From: Candidatus Magasanikiibacteriota bacterium
GTDB lineage: Bacteria; Patescibacteriota; Patescibacteriia; Magasanikbacterales; UBA922
Length of the DNA stretch: 64,000 nucleotides
Reading direction: 5' to 3'
NCBI GenBank assembly: GCA_021648085.1
Contig: JAKITS010000001.1
Span: 618,759 to 682,758 of the forward strand
This document shows, in pieces, positions 21,851 through 31,353 of this stretch. Below the pieces are notes generated by a model. It searched no databases. It was not told the origin of the DNA and saw only the letters and a list, made by a program, of their open reading frames with translations. The position numbers and the translations under genes were made by a program. Positions within the stretch are counted from its first letter, which is position 1. Every line of letters begins with the position of its first letter.

Positions 21851-22537
21851 ATGAACTCTCTTATCGAGAGAATAATGGGAAAATTGGATAAAAAAAATGA
21901 AACTTTGGGAGAAAACATCCCAATGATGATGGTTGTAATCCGGGTTTCAAACCCGGAATGTATTCCAAAATGTATTCTGGAATCAACAAAACAACCAAAA
22001 AAAGAAAAAATATCCAAAGGTGTGGAGTTTATATCTCCACAAAAAAATGGCGAGGCTCAGGTTGGAGCACATTTGCTTCACCAAGATATCAATGCTTCTG
22101 GCTATAAAATAGTCAGAGCATGTTGGGAGCAAAAATTAAACGAACATGATAAACTATACTATTTAGTTCGTTTCGAATTTGTTAGAAACGAACTTTTAAG
22201 AGAAAAAATGGAGGAGTTAGAAGAAGTAATAAAAGCTCTAGAAACAATGCTAAATTCTGCATTGTGGAAAGTGAGAGTTTTCAGAAATCCATATTTCAAA
22301 AATGGGGAGATTCAAAGAGGTAATAGTACAATCTCTTTAAACCTCAATAGCAGAACTCCGCTGCACAAAGAAAACTGGATTTTTGACCCAGAATTACAAA
22401 AAATGGTTTTTAAAAAAATAAAACCAACTATGCGATGGGAAAAAAATAAAAAGGGTGAAAAAATAAAAAAAATTCCACTAACCGCAAAAGAGCGCTTGGT
22501 GATTAGGAACAACGAAATTCAAGTTGTTCCAATCTAA
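21851..22537 (+). CDS. Hypothetical basic protein (SD-led ORFan)
   Basis: TTGACT-17-TATTTT promoter, TGTTCATTTTACA element, AAGGAG SD. Confidence 0.75.
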   Translation: MNSLIERIMGKLDKKNETLGENIPMMMVVIRVSNPECIPKCILESTKQPKKEKISKGVEFISPQKNGEAQVGAHLLHQDINASGYKIVRACWEQKLNEHDKLYYLVRFEFVRNELLREKMEELEEVIKALETMLNSALWKVRVFRNPYFKNGEIQRGNSTISLNLNSRTPLHKENWIFDPELQKMVFKKIKPTMRWEKNKKGEKIKKIPLTAKERLVIRNNEIQVVPI

Positions 22538-22542
22538 AAACC

Positions 22543-22577
22543 AAAGCCGACATAGAATTTCTATGTCGGCTTTTTTA
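22543..22577 (+). terminator. Intrinsic terminator
   Basis: aaagccgacataga-att-tctatgtcggctttttt. Confidence 0.85.
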
Positions 22578-22720
22578 ATTCTTTTTTAAAATATTTTTGA
22601 TTTTAAATATACTTTCATAAGAACTCTATCGGTAAGTTTGGCTTCAGTTATTATTTAGGATAGTACATGTTATTATTTATATACCACTCCTTTTACTTTC
22701 CACCCTCAAATCCTATTTCT

Positions 22721-22830
22721 GTCATCCTCAGTTCTTATTTTTATCATCCTCAGCTTGACGGGGATCCATTCCATTCTTTCCTGTTTCGCGACTAAAGACT
22801 CCTGAATTCCTAGTCAAGCCAGGAATGACA
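22721..22830. repeat. REP/RPE-like palindromic element, copy 1
   Basis: tcatcctcagcttgacggggatcc ... gaattcctagtcaagccaggaatgaca; related copy at 52905-52990. Confidence 0.65.
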
Positions 22831-22891
22831 AAAGAGTAAGGACTTTGCAGATTTTATAAACTTTCTAACCTTCCTGTCTGTTACCCTCCTA

Positions 22892-25009
22892 TTATTCAAA
22901 CAAAATTTCATCTCCAACAATAAACAACTGCTCGCCTGTCACATCATCCACTGCAGTTCCTCTTACTTTTGAAGTTAAGTTTGTCTGACTTGGGTTTTTT
23001 TGATTCAAAATTATATTAAACTGGAGTGCCAGAACATCTATACTTGTTGGCATTTCTGGAATAGTCCAAACAACTTTTTTGTTTTCTATGTCATATTGCA
23101 AATTTCCAGCAGGCACAGAAAGTGTGCTTGGATCCCACACAAAATCTCCATATAAATCAGCTTCAAATTTTAAATCCTTTAGATTGTGGAATGAGTTTGA
23201 TAGTAACCAAGTTATAGAATGAACATCTCGACCGTCAGAATCTTGACTTATTTCATCGGAAACCTGCAAATCTATGTCAGAATTAAGTTTAATAACAATT
23301 GGACTACTAGATAAAAACTCCCTTCCTTTTAATGTATCATATTGAATCTCAACAGTAGCTATTATTTCATATTTTGCAAAATCCGCAAGAGTTATCTCGC
23401 TATCTGTTTTAACAGGCAAGTGGTAATCTATTAAGACACTCTCCCCCAAAGAAATAGATCTCAATTCTGCAATATCCCCACCATCCCAAGTTATGTGTCC
23501 TCGTCTAATATCCACACTTCTTTGTTCCCCAAAAACATCTCCGCTATTTGGATCGTCTAATTTTATCCAATTTAATACACTCCTTTTATTTACAGAAGGT
23601 GCGTCAAAAATCATCCTTACTCGAACATTTGATATTATACTCTCTCCAGCATTTGAAACTGTAATAGTCCCATTCAACACATCTCCAGGTATCGCTGTGC
23701 TATTTTTTAACGAACCGTTTATAGCAAGCTGTGCGGAAATGCTCTTCTCCAAAATTGTAGGACTATAGCTAGATGTTGCAAAAATATAACCATCTCCAAG
23801 ATTTTCTGAATCTTTCCAACCTATCAAACTCGCCATTATAGAACTATCGTCATAATCTCCGAGATTAAAGATACCTTTTATGTCTACTATTTTTTCACCT
23901 TCTAAAATAGGAATTGACCATACAAAATTTTCAAACTCATCACTTTCTGGGATACTCTCTACTTTTGAGAATCCAGCAAAAGGCGTTAATACTAATGCTA
24001 AATTTTCAATACTTTTTTCGCTTGTATTTTTTAGCAAAACTTTAAACTCTGTTTCCACACCAGCAACAACAGCATCGACACCTTCAAAAGACAGTTCAAA
24101 GACGGAGTCTGTTATTTCTGTACTAAGATTGGCAACCTGCTGAAAATCTGAACTAAAATTATCAGGAGTATAATTGAAAAATATCCTAAAAGACTGTTTC
24201 TTGTTTATATCCCCATAAAGTTTTCCAGATATATCAATATAAGTTCCATCTTGTCCTGCAACCTCTCCTATAATCCACTTATCATTTGTTTCATTTGACG
24301 GCTCAATACTACTCTCAACAAACACAAAACCTTCTGGATAACGAATTTCTAATTCTACATTTTTTAATACACTATTTTGTAAATTTCTATATCTAACCCT
24401 ATAGCTCACATCTTGTCCAGCTGTCACAGCTTCATCTCCAACTATTGTTAGTAGCACATCTTCTTCTGAAAACTTACTACTAGAACCAAGTACAAAAAAA
24501 CCAAGCCATGCCACAAGACCTAAAAATAGCAGTGAAGAAACTAAAACACTAAGAGCTTTTAGAAGTGGACCCATCTTCTTTTTTTTCTGAAATTTACTCA
24601 TATCTGGAATTGTGCCATCCTCGTTTTCATAAATCTCCAAAAGTGCTTTATCCACATCATCATCTTTTTTTTGATGCTTTTTCTTTTTCATAAGTTTTTT
24701 CATACCACCATGTTTTTTCTTTTTTAGTGGTTTCAATATTTTTTCCACAAAACCAAACATTCCAACATCTTCTTTTTCTTTATGTTTTTTTTTCTTTTTT
24801 TTATGTTTCTTAATCTTTTTTTCTTTTACACTTTTATCTTTGTCAAAACTCTCAAATTTATTATTATTTTTATGCTTTTTTTTCTTCTTTTTTTTATGTT
24901 TTTTCTTGTGTATATTTTTCCCATCTTCTTCCAATTCCAAATAAATATCCTTTTCTTCAGATTCGTCTTTTTTATGTTTTTTACTTTTTTTGTGTTCTTT
25001 TTTAGACAT
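22892..25009 (-). CDS. Large single-TM hypothetical protein, Lys/His-rich N-terminus, beta-rich (Ig-like) outer domains
   Basis: 705-aa ORF with one TM; overall layout like CPR surface proteins. Confidence 0.75.
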   Translation of the reverse strand: MSKKEHKKSKKHKKDESEEKDIYLELEEDGKNIHKKKHKKKKKKKHKNNNKFESFDKDKSVKEKKIKKHKKKKKKHKEKEDVGMFGFVEKILKPLKKKKHGGMKKLMKKKKHQKKDDDVDKALLEIYENEDGTIPDMSKFQKKKKMGPLLKALSVLVSSLLFLGLVAWLGFFVLGSSSKFSEEDVLLTIVGDEAVTAGQDVSYRVRYRNLQNSVLKNVELEIRYPEGFVFVESSIEPSNETNDKWIIGEVAGQDGTYIDISGKLYGDINKKQSFRIFFNYTPDNFSSDFQQVANLSTEITDSVFELSFEGVDAVVAGVETEFKVLLKNTSEKSIENLALVLTPFAGFSKVESIPESDEFENFVWSIPILEGEKIVDIKGIFNLGDYDDSSIMASLIGWKDSENLGDGYIFATSSYSPTILEKSISAQLAINGSLKNSTAIPGDVLNGTITVSNAGESIISNVRVRMIFDAPSVNKRSVLNWIKLDDPNSGDVFGEQRSVDIRRGHITWDGGDIAELRSISLGESVLIDYHLPVKTDSEITLADFAKYEIIATVEIQYDTLKGREFLSSSPIVIKLNSDIDLQVSDEISQDSDGRDVHSITWLLSNSFHNLKDLKFEADLYGDFVWDPSTLSVPAGNLQYDIENKKVVWTIPEMPTSIDVLALQFNIILNQKNPSQTNLTSKVRGTAVDDVTGEQLFIVGDEILFE

Positions 25010-25019
25010 AAGACAATGT

Positions 25020-27653
25020 TTAATTAATTTCCCCTTCTATAACGGCACCAAAAACAGTATCGCTTTGAAGTATAGAATTATATTGAAGTAAATTATTAAA
25101 TTTTAATTTTGAATTGTCAGACTTCCAAATAAAATCCCAATCATCAGGAATTTTTACACTAGAACTAAAACCACTGTTAATTCCAGACTGTTTTTGCAGA
25201 ACCAAACTATATTTTAGCCTATTTTCATCATTGGACAAAAGTGAATTCCAAAAATTTTCACCTTTAATCTCTCTTGGTTGAACTGTCGGAATTTTGAATG
25301 GCAGTTTATATATAAAATAAATCTCACTCTCTCCACCCGGATCTGTGGACACCCAATTACCAAAGACAGTTTTTCCAAATTCTTTTGTAATTCTAGTGCC
25401 TGTTTTACTGTGAATTCCCACCTCCTTTTCAAACTGCGCTATAGACAGATCTTCTTCGTACCAATCCTCTGAAACATGAAATGCCCCTTCCGCAGGATAA
25501 GAAAAACCACCAGCCTCCAAAAGCTCTGAGCCTTCTGGAACATAAGCACGCACATAACTTATATTTCTAACACCACTGAACATTTCACCATCTATACCAG
25601 TATGTTTTTTCTTTATTATAACTTTATCCACAATAGAGCCATCTTTTTGAATAAACACTTCATGTTCAATATTTTGTTCTATTTTTTTATCACTTTTTTG
25701 ACCTTGCAGGTTTGCACTCACAATATTTAAATAATCCTGATCTTTATTTGTATAACTTATTTCACCAGACCAGCCAAAATCACGCACTGTTTTTTGCAAT
25801 TTTCTATCAAAGAAAAAAGCCTGAACTTCTTTTTCTTTTAATGCTTGATGAAACTCATTGAGTACGCGAACCAAATCTATATTATCTAAACCCTCAAACT
25901 GAACAAACAAATCATCCACAAGCTCTCCTATAACTTCTTTTGGTTTATTTTCTATTTTGTCATAATTAATCTCTACTTGATACTGCAAATCATCTATTGC
26001 AGTATCGCCCATCAGTTCTAAATTATGTTTTTCGCTAGTTATAGAACCCACCACTTTCAAAACTCTCTCCAAAACTGTGGCGTTTACTGCTATCACACCA
26101 TCTACTGTTGTACCCCTACTATGCTCATAAAACCAAGCCATCTTTTGTGCAGAAATCCCAAAATCTGGAAACCAGTTTGAATCTTGAAATTCCCACCTAC
26201 TATTTACCAATTGTAGTGGTAATGGTGGAGTTAAATAAGCGTCTAACTGTCCCTTTAAATCATAGCTTCCACCTCCTGGAATATCTATATTTTGAATTCT
26301 ACCTTTTTGAATATCTATAATTGCAAAACTCCCAAGAAAACCACCAGTAGGACGAAGTTCATTATTATTTTGAAAAACTAGTAGATACCTTCTAAAATCG
26401 TCGCTACCCAAAATAAGCTGAAGAGTATCTATAAGCTGGACCAAATCACCCAAATCCTCTATAAAAACACCGAATAAAATCTGAAACTCTTTAAATTCAT
26501 CCCTATACTCTTTTGGGATAATCTTTGGATCCACACCGCTCAACTCTCTAAAAGCATTTTCATATTGTGGTAAAGCACTATTTAAATGCTCGCTAATTAA
26601 AGCTATTTTATCTGTTGCATTTAATCCATCTTCAGTAGCCTCACCAATACCTTTTACTATGTAAGTATTCGCAAGTGCCATACTTTGTCCAGCACTTAAC
26701 AAACTCTCCCTACTTTTCATACTCTTACCAAAAATAGGCAATACTCGCAAAACACTCATCAATATTTTATTCTCTGAGTCTAATAATTTTTTTGTATTAT
26801 TGAAATATTCCAATGTATTATTTAAGTCTGTCTGTGCCCCACTAATATCTGAATTTAAGGCTAATAGAGTAGAAGAATGTAACCCAACTAAAGCCTGTTT
26901 ACTACCTTCTACTATCTGTTCACTAGTTGTACGAACCTGCTTAAAATACCCAACAGTTGGAATTGGAATAGCGACTAACAAAAACATAACAACGCTCTGG
27001 TATGCCATTTTTTTCCATGTAAAATTTCCAACCCATTTTTTAAAACTCAACCTTGATAAAGAAAAATTTATTTTTGTTTTAAATAATTTAATTTTGGATG
27101 AAATACCAGTAAAAAAACTAAATTCATTTTTTACTTTATTTTGCTTTTCAGTTTTTTCTATTTTTATCTTTTCCTTTTTCTTCAAACTCTGTGCTTTTTT
27201 TATTTTTTGAACATCTATTTTTTCTATCCTCCCTCTATTCAACTCTTCTTTTAAAATAAAATTACTACTTATATTTTTATTATCCAACTCTACCTTTCTT
27301 CTTTGATTTGCCTTTCTCACCAAATTTGCAAAATTTACACCTACAGTATTTTGTATATTTTCTTTTTCTTTATACACCTCTACTTTCGCGGGTTGTTTTT
27401 TTAGCTCTCCGCGCAAATTTACAATATGTGGAGACCTCATCATTTTTTCTTCACCACAAACAACCACCTTTGGGTATTTTTTGGTGGTTTCTATTTTAGT
27501 CTCTATAAAATCATCTCCTACAAAAACTTCTCCAACTTCTATATCTAACTCTTCTGCAATCACTTTCTCTGGGCAAGTCCTAGAATTATGCCCCATTTTT
27601 TTACAACCAGTACAGGATCTTCTTTTAATTTTATTTCTTCTTACTCTTGGCAT
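25020..27653 (-). CDS. DUF4012 domain protein with N-terminal CCHC zinc knuckle
   Basis: YLLVFQNNNELRPTGGFLGS, DSNWFPDF, VDGVIAV, LQKQSG; CTGCKKMGHNSRTC. Confidence 0.85.
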   Translation of the reverse strand: MPRVRRNKIKRRSCTGCKKMGHNSRTCPEKVIAEELDIEVGEVFVGDDFIETKIETTKKYPKVVVCGEEKMMRSPHIVNLRGELKKQPAKVEVYKEKENIQNTVGVNFANLVRKANQRRKVELDNKNISSNFILKEELNRGRIEKIDVQKIKKAQSLKKKEKIKIEKTEKQNKVKNEFSFFTGISSKIKLFKTKINFSLSRLSFKKWVGNFTWKKMAYQSVVMFLLVAIPIPTVGYFKQVRTTSEQIVEGSKQALVGLHSSTLLALNSDISGAQTDLNNTLEYFNNTKKLLDSENKILMSVLRVLPIFGKSMKSRESLLSAGQSMALANTYIVKGIGEATEDGLNATDKIALISEHLNSALPQYENAFRELSGVDPKIIPKEYRDEFKEFQILFGVFIEDLGDLVQLIDTLQLILGSDDFRRYLLVFQNNNELRPTGGFLGSFAIIDIQKGRIQNIDIPGGGSYDLKGQLDAYLTPPLPLQLVNSRWEFQDSNWFPDFGISAQKMAWFYEHSRGTTVDGVIAVNATVLERVLKVVGSITSEKHNLELMGDTAIDDLQYQVEINYDKIENKPKEVIGELVDDLFVQFEGLDNIDLVRVLNEFHQALKEKEVQAFFFDRKLQKTVRDFGWSGEISYTNKDQDYLNIVSANLQGQKSDKKIEQNIEHEVFIQKDGSIVDKVIIKKKHTGIDGEMFSGVRNISYVRAYVPEGSELLEAGGFSYPAEGAFHVSEDWYEEDLSIAQFEKEVGIHSKTGTRITKEFGKTVFGNWVSTDPGGESEIYFIYKLPFKIPTVQPREIKGENFWNSLLSNDENRLKYSLVLQKQSGINSGFSSSVKIPDDWDFIWKSDNSKLKFNNLLQYNSILQSDTVFGAVIEGEIN

Positions 27654-27785
27654 GAAAAGATAATAAATTTATATATTTATAAATCTACTACATTATACCA
27701 TATTTCTTAATTGCAAAAAATGTCTTATTTTAAGTAAAAAATAGGTTTTATCCACAGGCTTAAAAAAGACTAATTTAATAAAATA

Positions 27786-27815
27786 AAAAAAGACTTAGAT
27801 TAAACTAAGTCTTTT
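27786..27815 (-). terminator. Terminator of the glycosyltransferase operon
   Basis: aaaagacttag-attaaa-ctaagtctttt. Confidence 0.75.
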
Positions 27816-27817
27816 GA

Positions 27818-27910
27818 GTTTTTATATACTTATTTTTTATTGATGAAGCTCAAGGATATTTTGATTCTAGAGAATGGCAAAATATACCACCTTTAATTGA
27901 AAAGATCTTC
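27818..27910 (+). pseudogene. Short fragment resembling a Zot / inovirus pI-like ATPase Walker B region
   Basis: Translates as YLFFIDEAQGYFDSREWQNIPPLIEKIF; no start codon, in-frame TGA at 27815. Confidence 0.5.
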
Positions 27911-27962
27911 CTGAACCAATTAAAACTTAACAAAAAAAGTCAAGGTTTTATACTTAACTTTT

Positions 27963-29081
27963 TTATTTATAAATTTCTATTGTCTCCTCCACCATTTTTT
28001 TCCAAGAATATTTTTTCAGAACTCTTTTGGAATTCTCTTGAAGTTTTTTTCTCTCTTCCTTGTTTGTTAAATTTTTATAAATTACTTTTGCCATTTCCTG
28101 ATAATTTTCTGGATCAAAATAATTTGCAGCGTCCTCCAAAATTTCCGGCATACAACTTCTGTCTGAACTCACCACCGGCACACCATACTGCATAGCTTCG
28201 AGCGGTGGAATACCAAACCCTTCGTACAAACTTGGAAAAACATAAAGACCACATTTTTTGTACAATTGAGAAAGCTCTTCATCTGGCACAAAACCTGTTA
28301 TTTTTATAGATTCACTCAAATTTTTATCATTATATTTTTCAACTTCTTTTTGAAGTCTTTTATAAAAATAGTTTTCTTTACCAACCAAAACTAACTGATA
28401 ATTCTTACTATATTTTTCTATAAAAAACTTCCAAGATTTTACCAACATTTCCAAATTTTTATGAGGAAAAGCATTTCCAACATACATTACAAAGGGTTTT
28501 GTAATATTATATTTTTCTAAAACACTTTTATCAGCCCCGCCTATCTTTTCTAGCGAAGCTTCATAAGTAACTACTATTTTTTCCTGTTTTACTTTCGAAG
28601 TTTTTATTAAATCATTTTTTACAAACTTACTTACAGTTATTATCTTTTTACTATTATTTGTGGCGTGCCAAAGTATAATTCTAAAAAATATATACTTTAG
28701 AAAATATAAAACAGGATTCAAAGTACTCGCTCGCCTATTTGGATAATGAAGTAATATCAAATCGTGGATTGTCACCACAAAAGGTGCTCGATAAAAAAGT
28801 GGTACATTCCAATGTGGAAAGTGCATCAAATCTACACCTTCTTTTTTAATTATTTTTGGAAACAAAAGTTGTTCACCTTTTCCATACCAATGAATATCTG
28901 CCAAAACTTTTTTAAATTTAGGATTTTTTGTTTCAAACAAATTAAAATTATCCTCCTTCAAAAAAATTACATATTCATTTTCAGAATCAATTTCTACTAA
29001 ATTTTCTAATAACTTTTGAATATATCGCCCAAGCCCTGCCTGTTTTGGACCGTACATCCTTGCGTCAATTCCTATCCTCAT
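27963..29081 (-). CDS. Glycosyltransferase family 4 (GT-B)
   Basis: MRIGIDAR, VVTIHDL, FPSLYEGFGIPPLEAM. Confidence 0.95.
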   Translation of the reverse strand: MRIGIDARMYGPKQAGLGRYIQKLLENLVEIDSENEYVIFLKEDNFNLFETKNPKFKKVLADIHWYGKGEQLLFPKIIKKEGVDLMHFPHWNVPLFYRAPFVVTIHDLILLHYPNRRASTLNPVLYFLKYIFFRIILWHATNNSKKIITVSKFVKNDLIKTSKVKQEKIVVTYEASLEKIGGADKSVLEKYNITKPFVMYVGNAFPHKNLEMLVKSWKFFIEKYSKNYQLVLVGKENYFYKRLQKEVEKYNDKNLSESIKITGFVPDEELSQLYKKCGLYVFPSLYEGFGIPPLEAMQYGVPVVSSDRSCMPEILEDAANYFDPENYQEMAKVIYKNLTNKEERKKLQENSKRVLKKYSWKKMVEETIEIYK

Positions 29082-29082
29082 A

Positions 29083-30237
29083 TTATATTACACTACTTAA
29101 AGCTTCAATCCACTGCTCGGCAGATTTTACCCAAGAAAACTCATAACTTTTTTTATACCCCCTATCAATTAACTCATTTCTAAGATAATAATCCGATGTT
29201 AAAAGTTGCATCCCTTTTGCAATTTCTGCAATATCGTGTGGATTTACCATAAAAGCAGAATTTCCAACTACTTCTGGAAGTGAAGATCTTGAACTTGTGA
29301 TTACAGGCGTACCCACACTCATAGCCTCGAGTACTGGGAAACCAAACCCCTCATAAAAAGAAGGGTATACAAAAATACTTGCCAACTCATAAAACACCCT
29401 CTTTTCTTCTGGGCTTATATAACCAACATATTTTATTTTTTTATTTTTACCAATTCTCTCCAAAAGTTTTAAACACTTCCAACCCTGTGCTCCAGCAATT
29501 ATTAGCTCATATTCTTGCGCATAAGAATTCTTTCTTTGCCAAAGCAAAAATGCATCGACCACACCATCTATATTTTTTCTTGGTTCTATAGTTCCTAAAA
29601 AGAAAACAAATTTTTCTGGCAAACCATATTTAATTTTTATCTTTTGTACAGATTCTGTGTCTTGTTTCAAAAATAATGTAGAAAGCCCTGGTTTTATTAC
29701 TTTTATTTTTTTCTCCCCTACCCCAAAATAATTTACAACATCGTTTTTCGTATTTTCTGAAGGTGTCAAAATTAAGCTAGCTTTTTTACATTGCCTTCTT
29801 ACTCTCACACATTTGTGCCAAATTCTACGCTTTATAGAAAAAAAATCTTTAAAAAATACAAAAGACAGGTCATGAATTGTAAGGATGTGAGGAATTTTTG
29901 GACCAATAGAAGTAAAATGAATATTCGGACTATAAAACAAATCTATCTCAACCTCTTTAACTAAATTTTTAGAAATTATTTTATTTAGATAAGGTCTTTT
30001 AAACAAAAACAAACTACCACTCAATAATTTATTTGGCCAACTAGTTTTTATATAATACACATTTTCAACCTTTGGAAACTGTGAAGTACTTATATCTTCT
30101 TTTAGGGAATTATAAAATAAATAATAATTATTCTTCTTATCCTGCTTTAAAATACTGGAGATTAATTCCACAGTATATTCCCCAACACCCGTCTTCACAG
30201 AACCAGTCAATGACCTTATATCTATTCCTATATTCAT
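29083..30237 (-). CDS. Glycosyltransferase family 4 (GT-B)
   Basis: GTIEPRKN, YPSFYEGFGFPVLEAM. Confidence 0.95.
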   Translation of the reverse strand: MNIGIDIRSLTGSVKTGVGEYTVELISSILKQDKKNNYYLFYNSLKEDISTSQFPKVENVYYIKTSWPNKLLSGSLFLFKRPYLNKIISKNLVKEVEIDLFYSPNIHFTSIGPKIPHILTIHDLSFVFFKDFFSIKRRIWHKCVRVRRQCKKASLILTPSENTKNDVVNYFGVGEKKIKVIKPGLSTLFLKQDTESVQKIKIKYGLPEKFVFFLGTIEPRKNIDGVVDAFLLWQRKNSYAQEYELIIAGAQGWKCLKLLERIGKNKKIKYVGYISPEEKRVFYELASIFVYPSFYEGFGFPVLEAMSVGTPVITSSRSSLPEVVGNSAFMVNPHDIAEIAKGMQLLTSDYYLRNELIDRGYKKSYEFSWVKSAEQWIEALSSVI

Positions 30238-30239
30238 AA

Positions 30240-31334
30240 TTAAATTAAAGACTTTTTGTACTCATTTTCTATCAAATTTACAACCCTCTCTTTGAATTTT
30301 TCTTCACTAAACTCTTCAACGCTTTTTCTTATTTCTATACTATTCCATACCCTATCATCAAAATTCAAAAGTTTATGCATCAGAGATTCCCATGTTTGCT
30401 CATAGAAAAAAGTTCCAGTTTTACCTTCTTGTACTGTTTCCAAGACTCCACCTTTTGCATAAGCGATTACAGGCCTACCCGAAGCAATAGATTCAAGCGG
30501 TGTAATCCCAGAGTCCTCAACTTGAGGATGAACAAAAGCACGAGCACGACTTAATAATTTTGCTTTTTCATCATCAGAAATTCTACCCACAAATTCTATA
30601 TTTGATTTTGCAATTTTTTGCAATTTTTCTAGCTCTGGACCATCACCAAAAATTTTGACAGGCCAACCCAACCTATTAAAAACATGTACTATCAGATCAA
30701 ATCTCTTGTATGCCACCATTCGCCCGCCAGAAACAAAATAATCACCAATCTCACCAGAAATAAAAAACTTGTTCACATTTATTGAAGGGTAAACCACCTC
30801 ACTATTTCTGTTGTAATATTTCTTTATTCGCTTCTGAACAATTTTTGAGTTCGCAATAAATTTATCCACTCTGTCTGCACTTGTTCTATCCCAAATTCGC
30901 ATTTTATGGATAAGTCTTGGAAGTGCAAGTTTAATCAATTTGTTGTATTTTAAATTTGAAATATACTCATGAGTATCTGTCCAAAGATATCTTGTCGGTG
31001 TGTGACAATAAGAGATATGAACAGTATTTGGATCTGTAATCACACCTTTTGAAAAAGCACTCGCAGAAGACAGAACAATATCAAAACCCTTCAAATTGTG
31101 ATGTTCCGTAGCCAAAGGCATAAATGGCAAAGTCCACTGATAATGAGATTTTATAAAAGGTATTTTCGCCAAAAAAGATTCTCTAATATCAGAATTATTA
31201 AATTGTTTCAATTTTTCTCTATCATGAAAAAGCACAAAAATTGGCGCTTCTGGCCAAATTTCACTAAATACTTTTAATACTTTCTCTGCCCCTCCGTCTT
31301 GAGATAAATAATCATGTACCAACGCAACTTTCAT
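30240..31334 (-). CDS. Glycosyltransferase family 4 (WbaZ-like mannosyltransferase)
   Basis: KVALVHDYL..GGAEKV, YCHTPTRYLW, EDSGITPLE. Confidence 0.93.
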   Translation of the reverse strand: MKVALVHDYLSQDGGAEKVLKVFSEIWPEAPIFVLFHDREKLKQFNNSDIRESFLAKIPFIKSHYQWTLPFMPLATEHHNLKGFDIVLSSASAFSKGVITDPNTVHISYCHTPTRYLWTDTHEYISNLKYNKLIKLALPRLIHKMRIWDRTSADRVDKFIANSKIVQKRIKKYYNRNSEVVYPSINVNKFFISGEIGDYFVSGGRMVAYKRFDLIVHVFNRLGWPVKIFGDGPELEKLQKIAKSNIEFVGRISDDEKAKLLSRARAFVHPQVEDSGITPLESIASGRPVIAYAKGGVLETVQEGKTGTFFYEQTWESLMHKLLNFDDRVWNSIEIRKSVEEFSEEKFKERVVNLIENEYKKSLI

Positions 31335-31353
31335 ACAACAATAACTTCTTAAA

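Noticed and set aside
22620-22670. Possible IS terminal inverted-repeat remnant
   Set aside because: No partner repeat or transposase fragment recognised.
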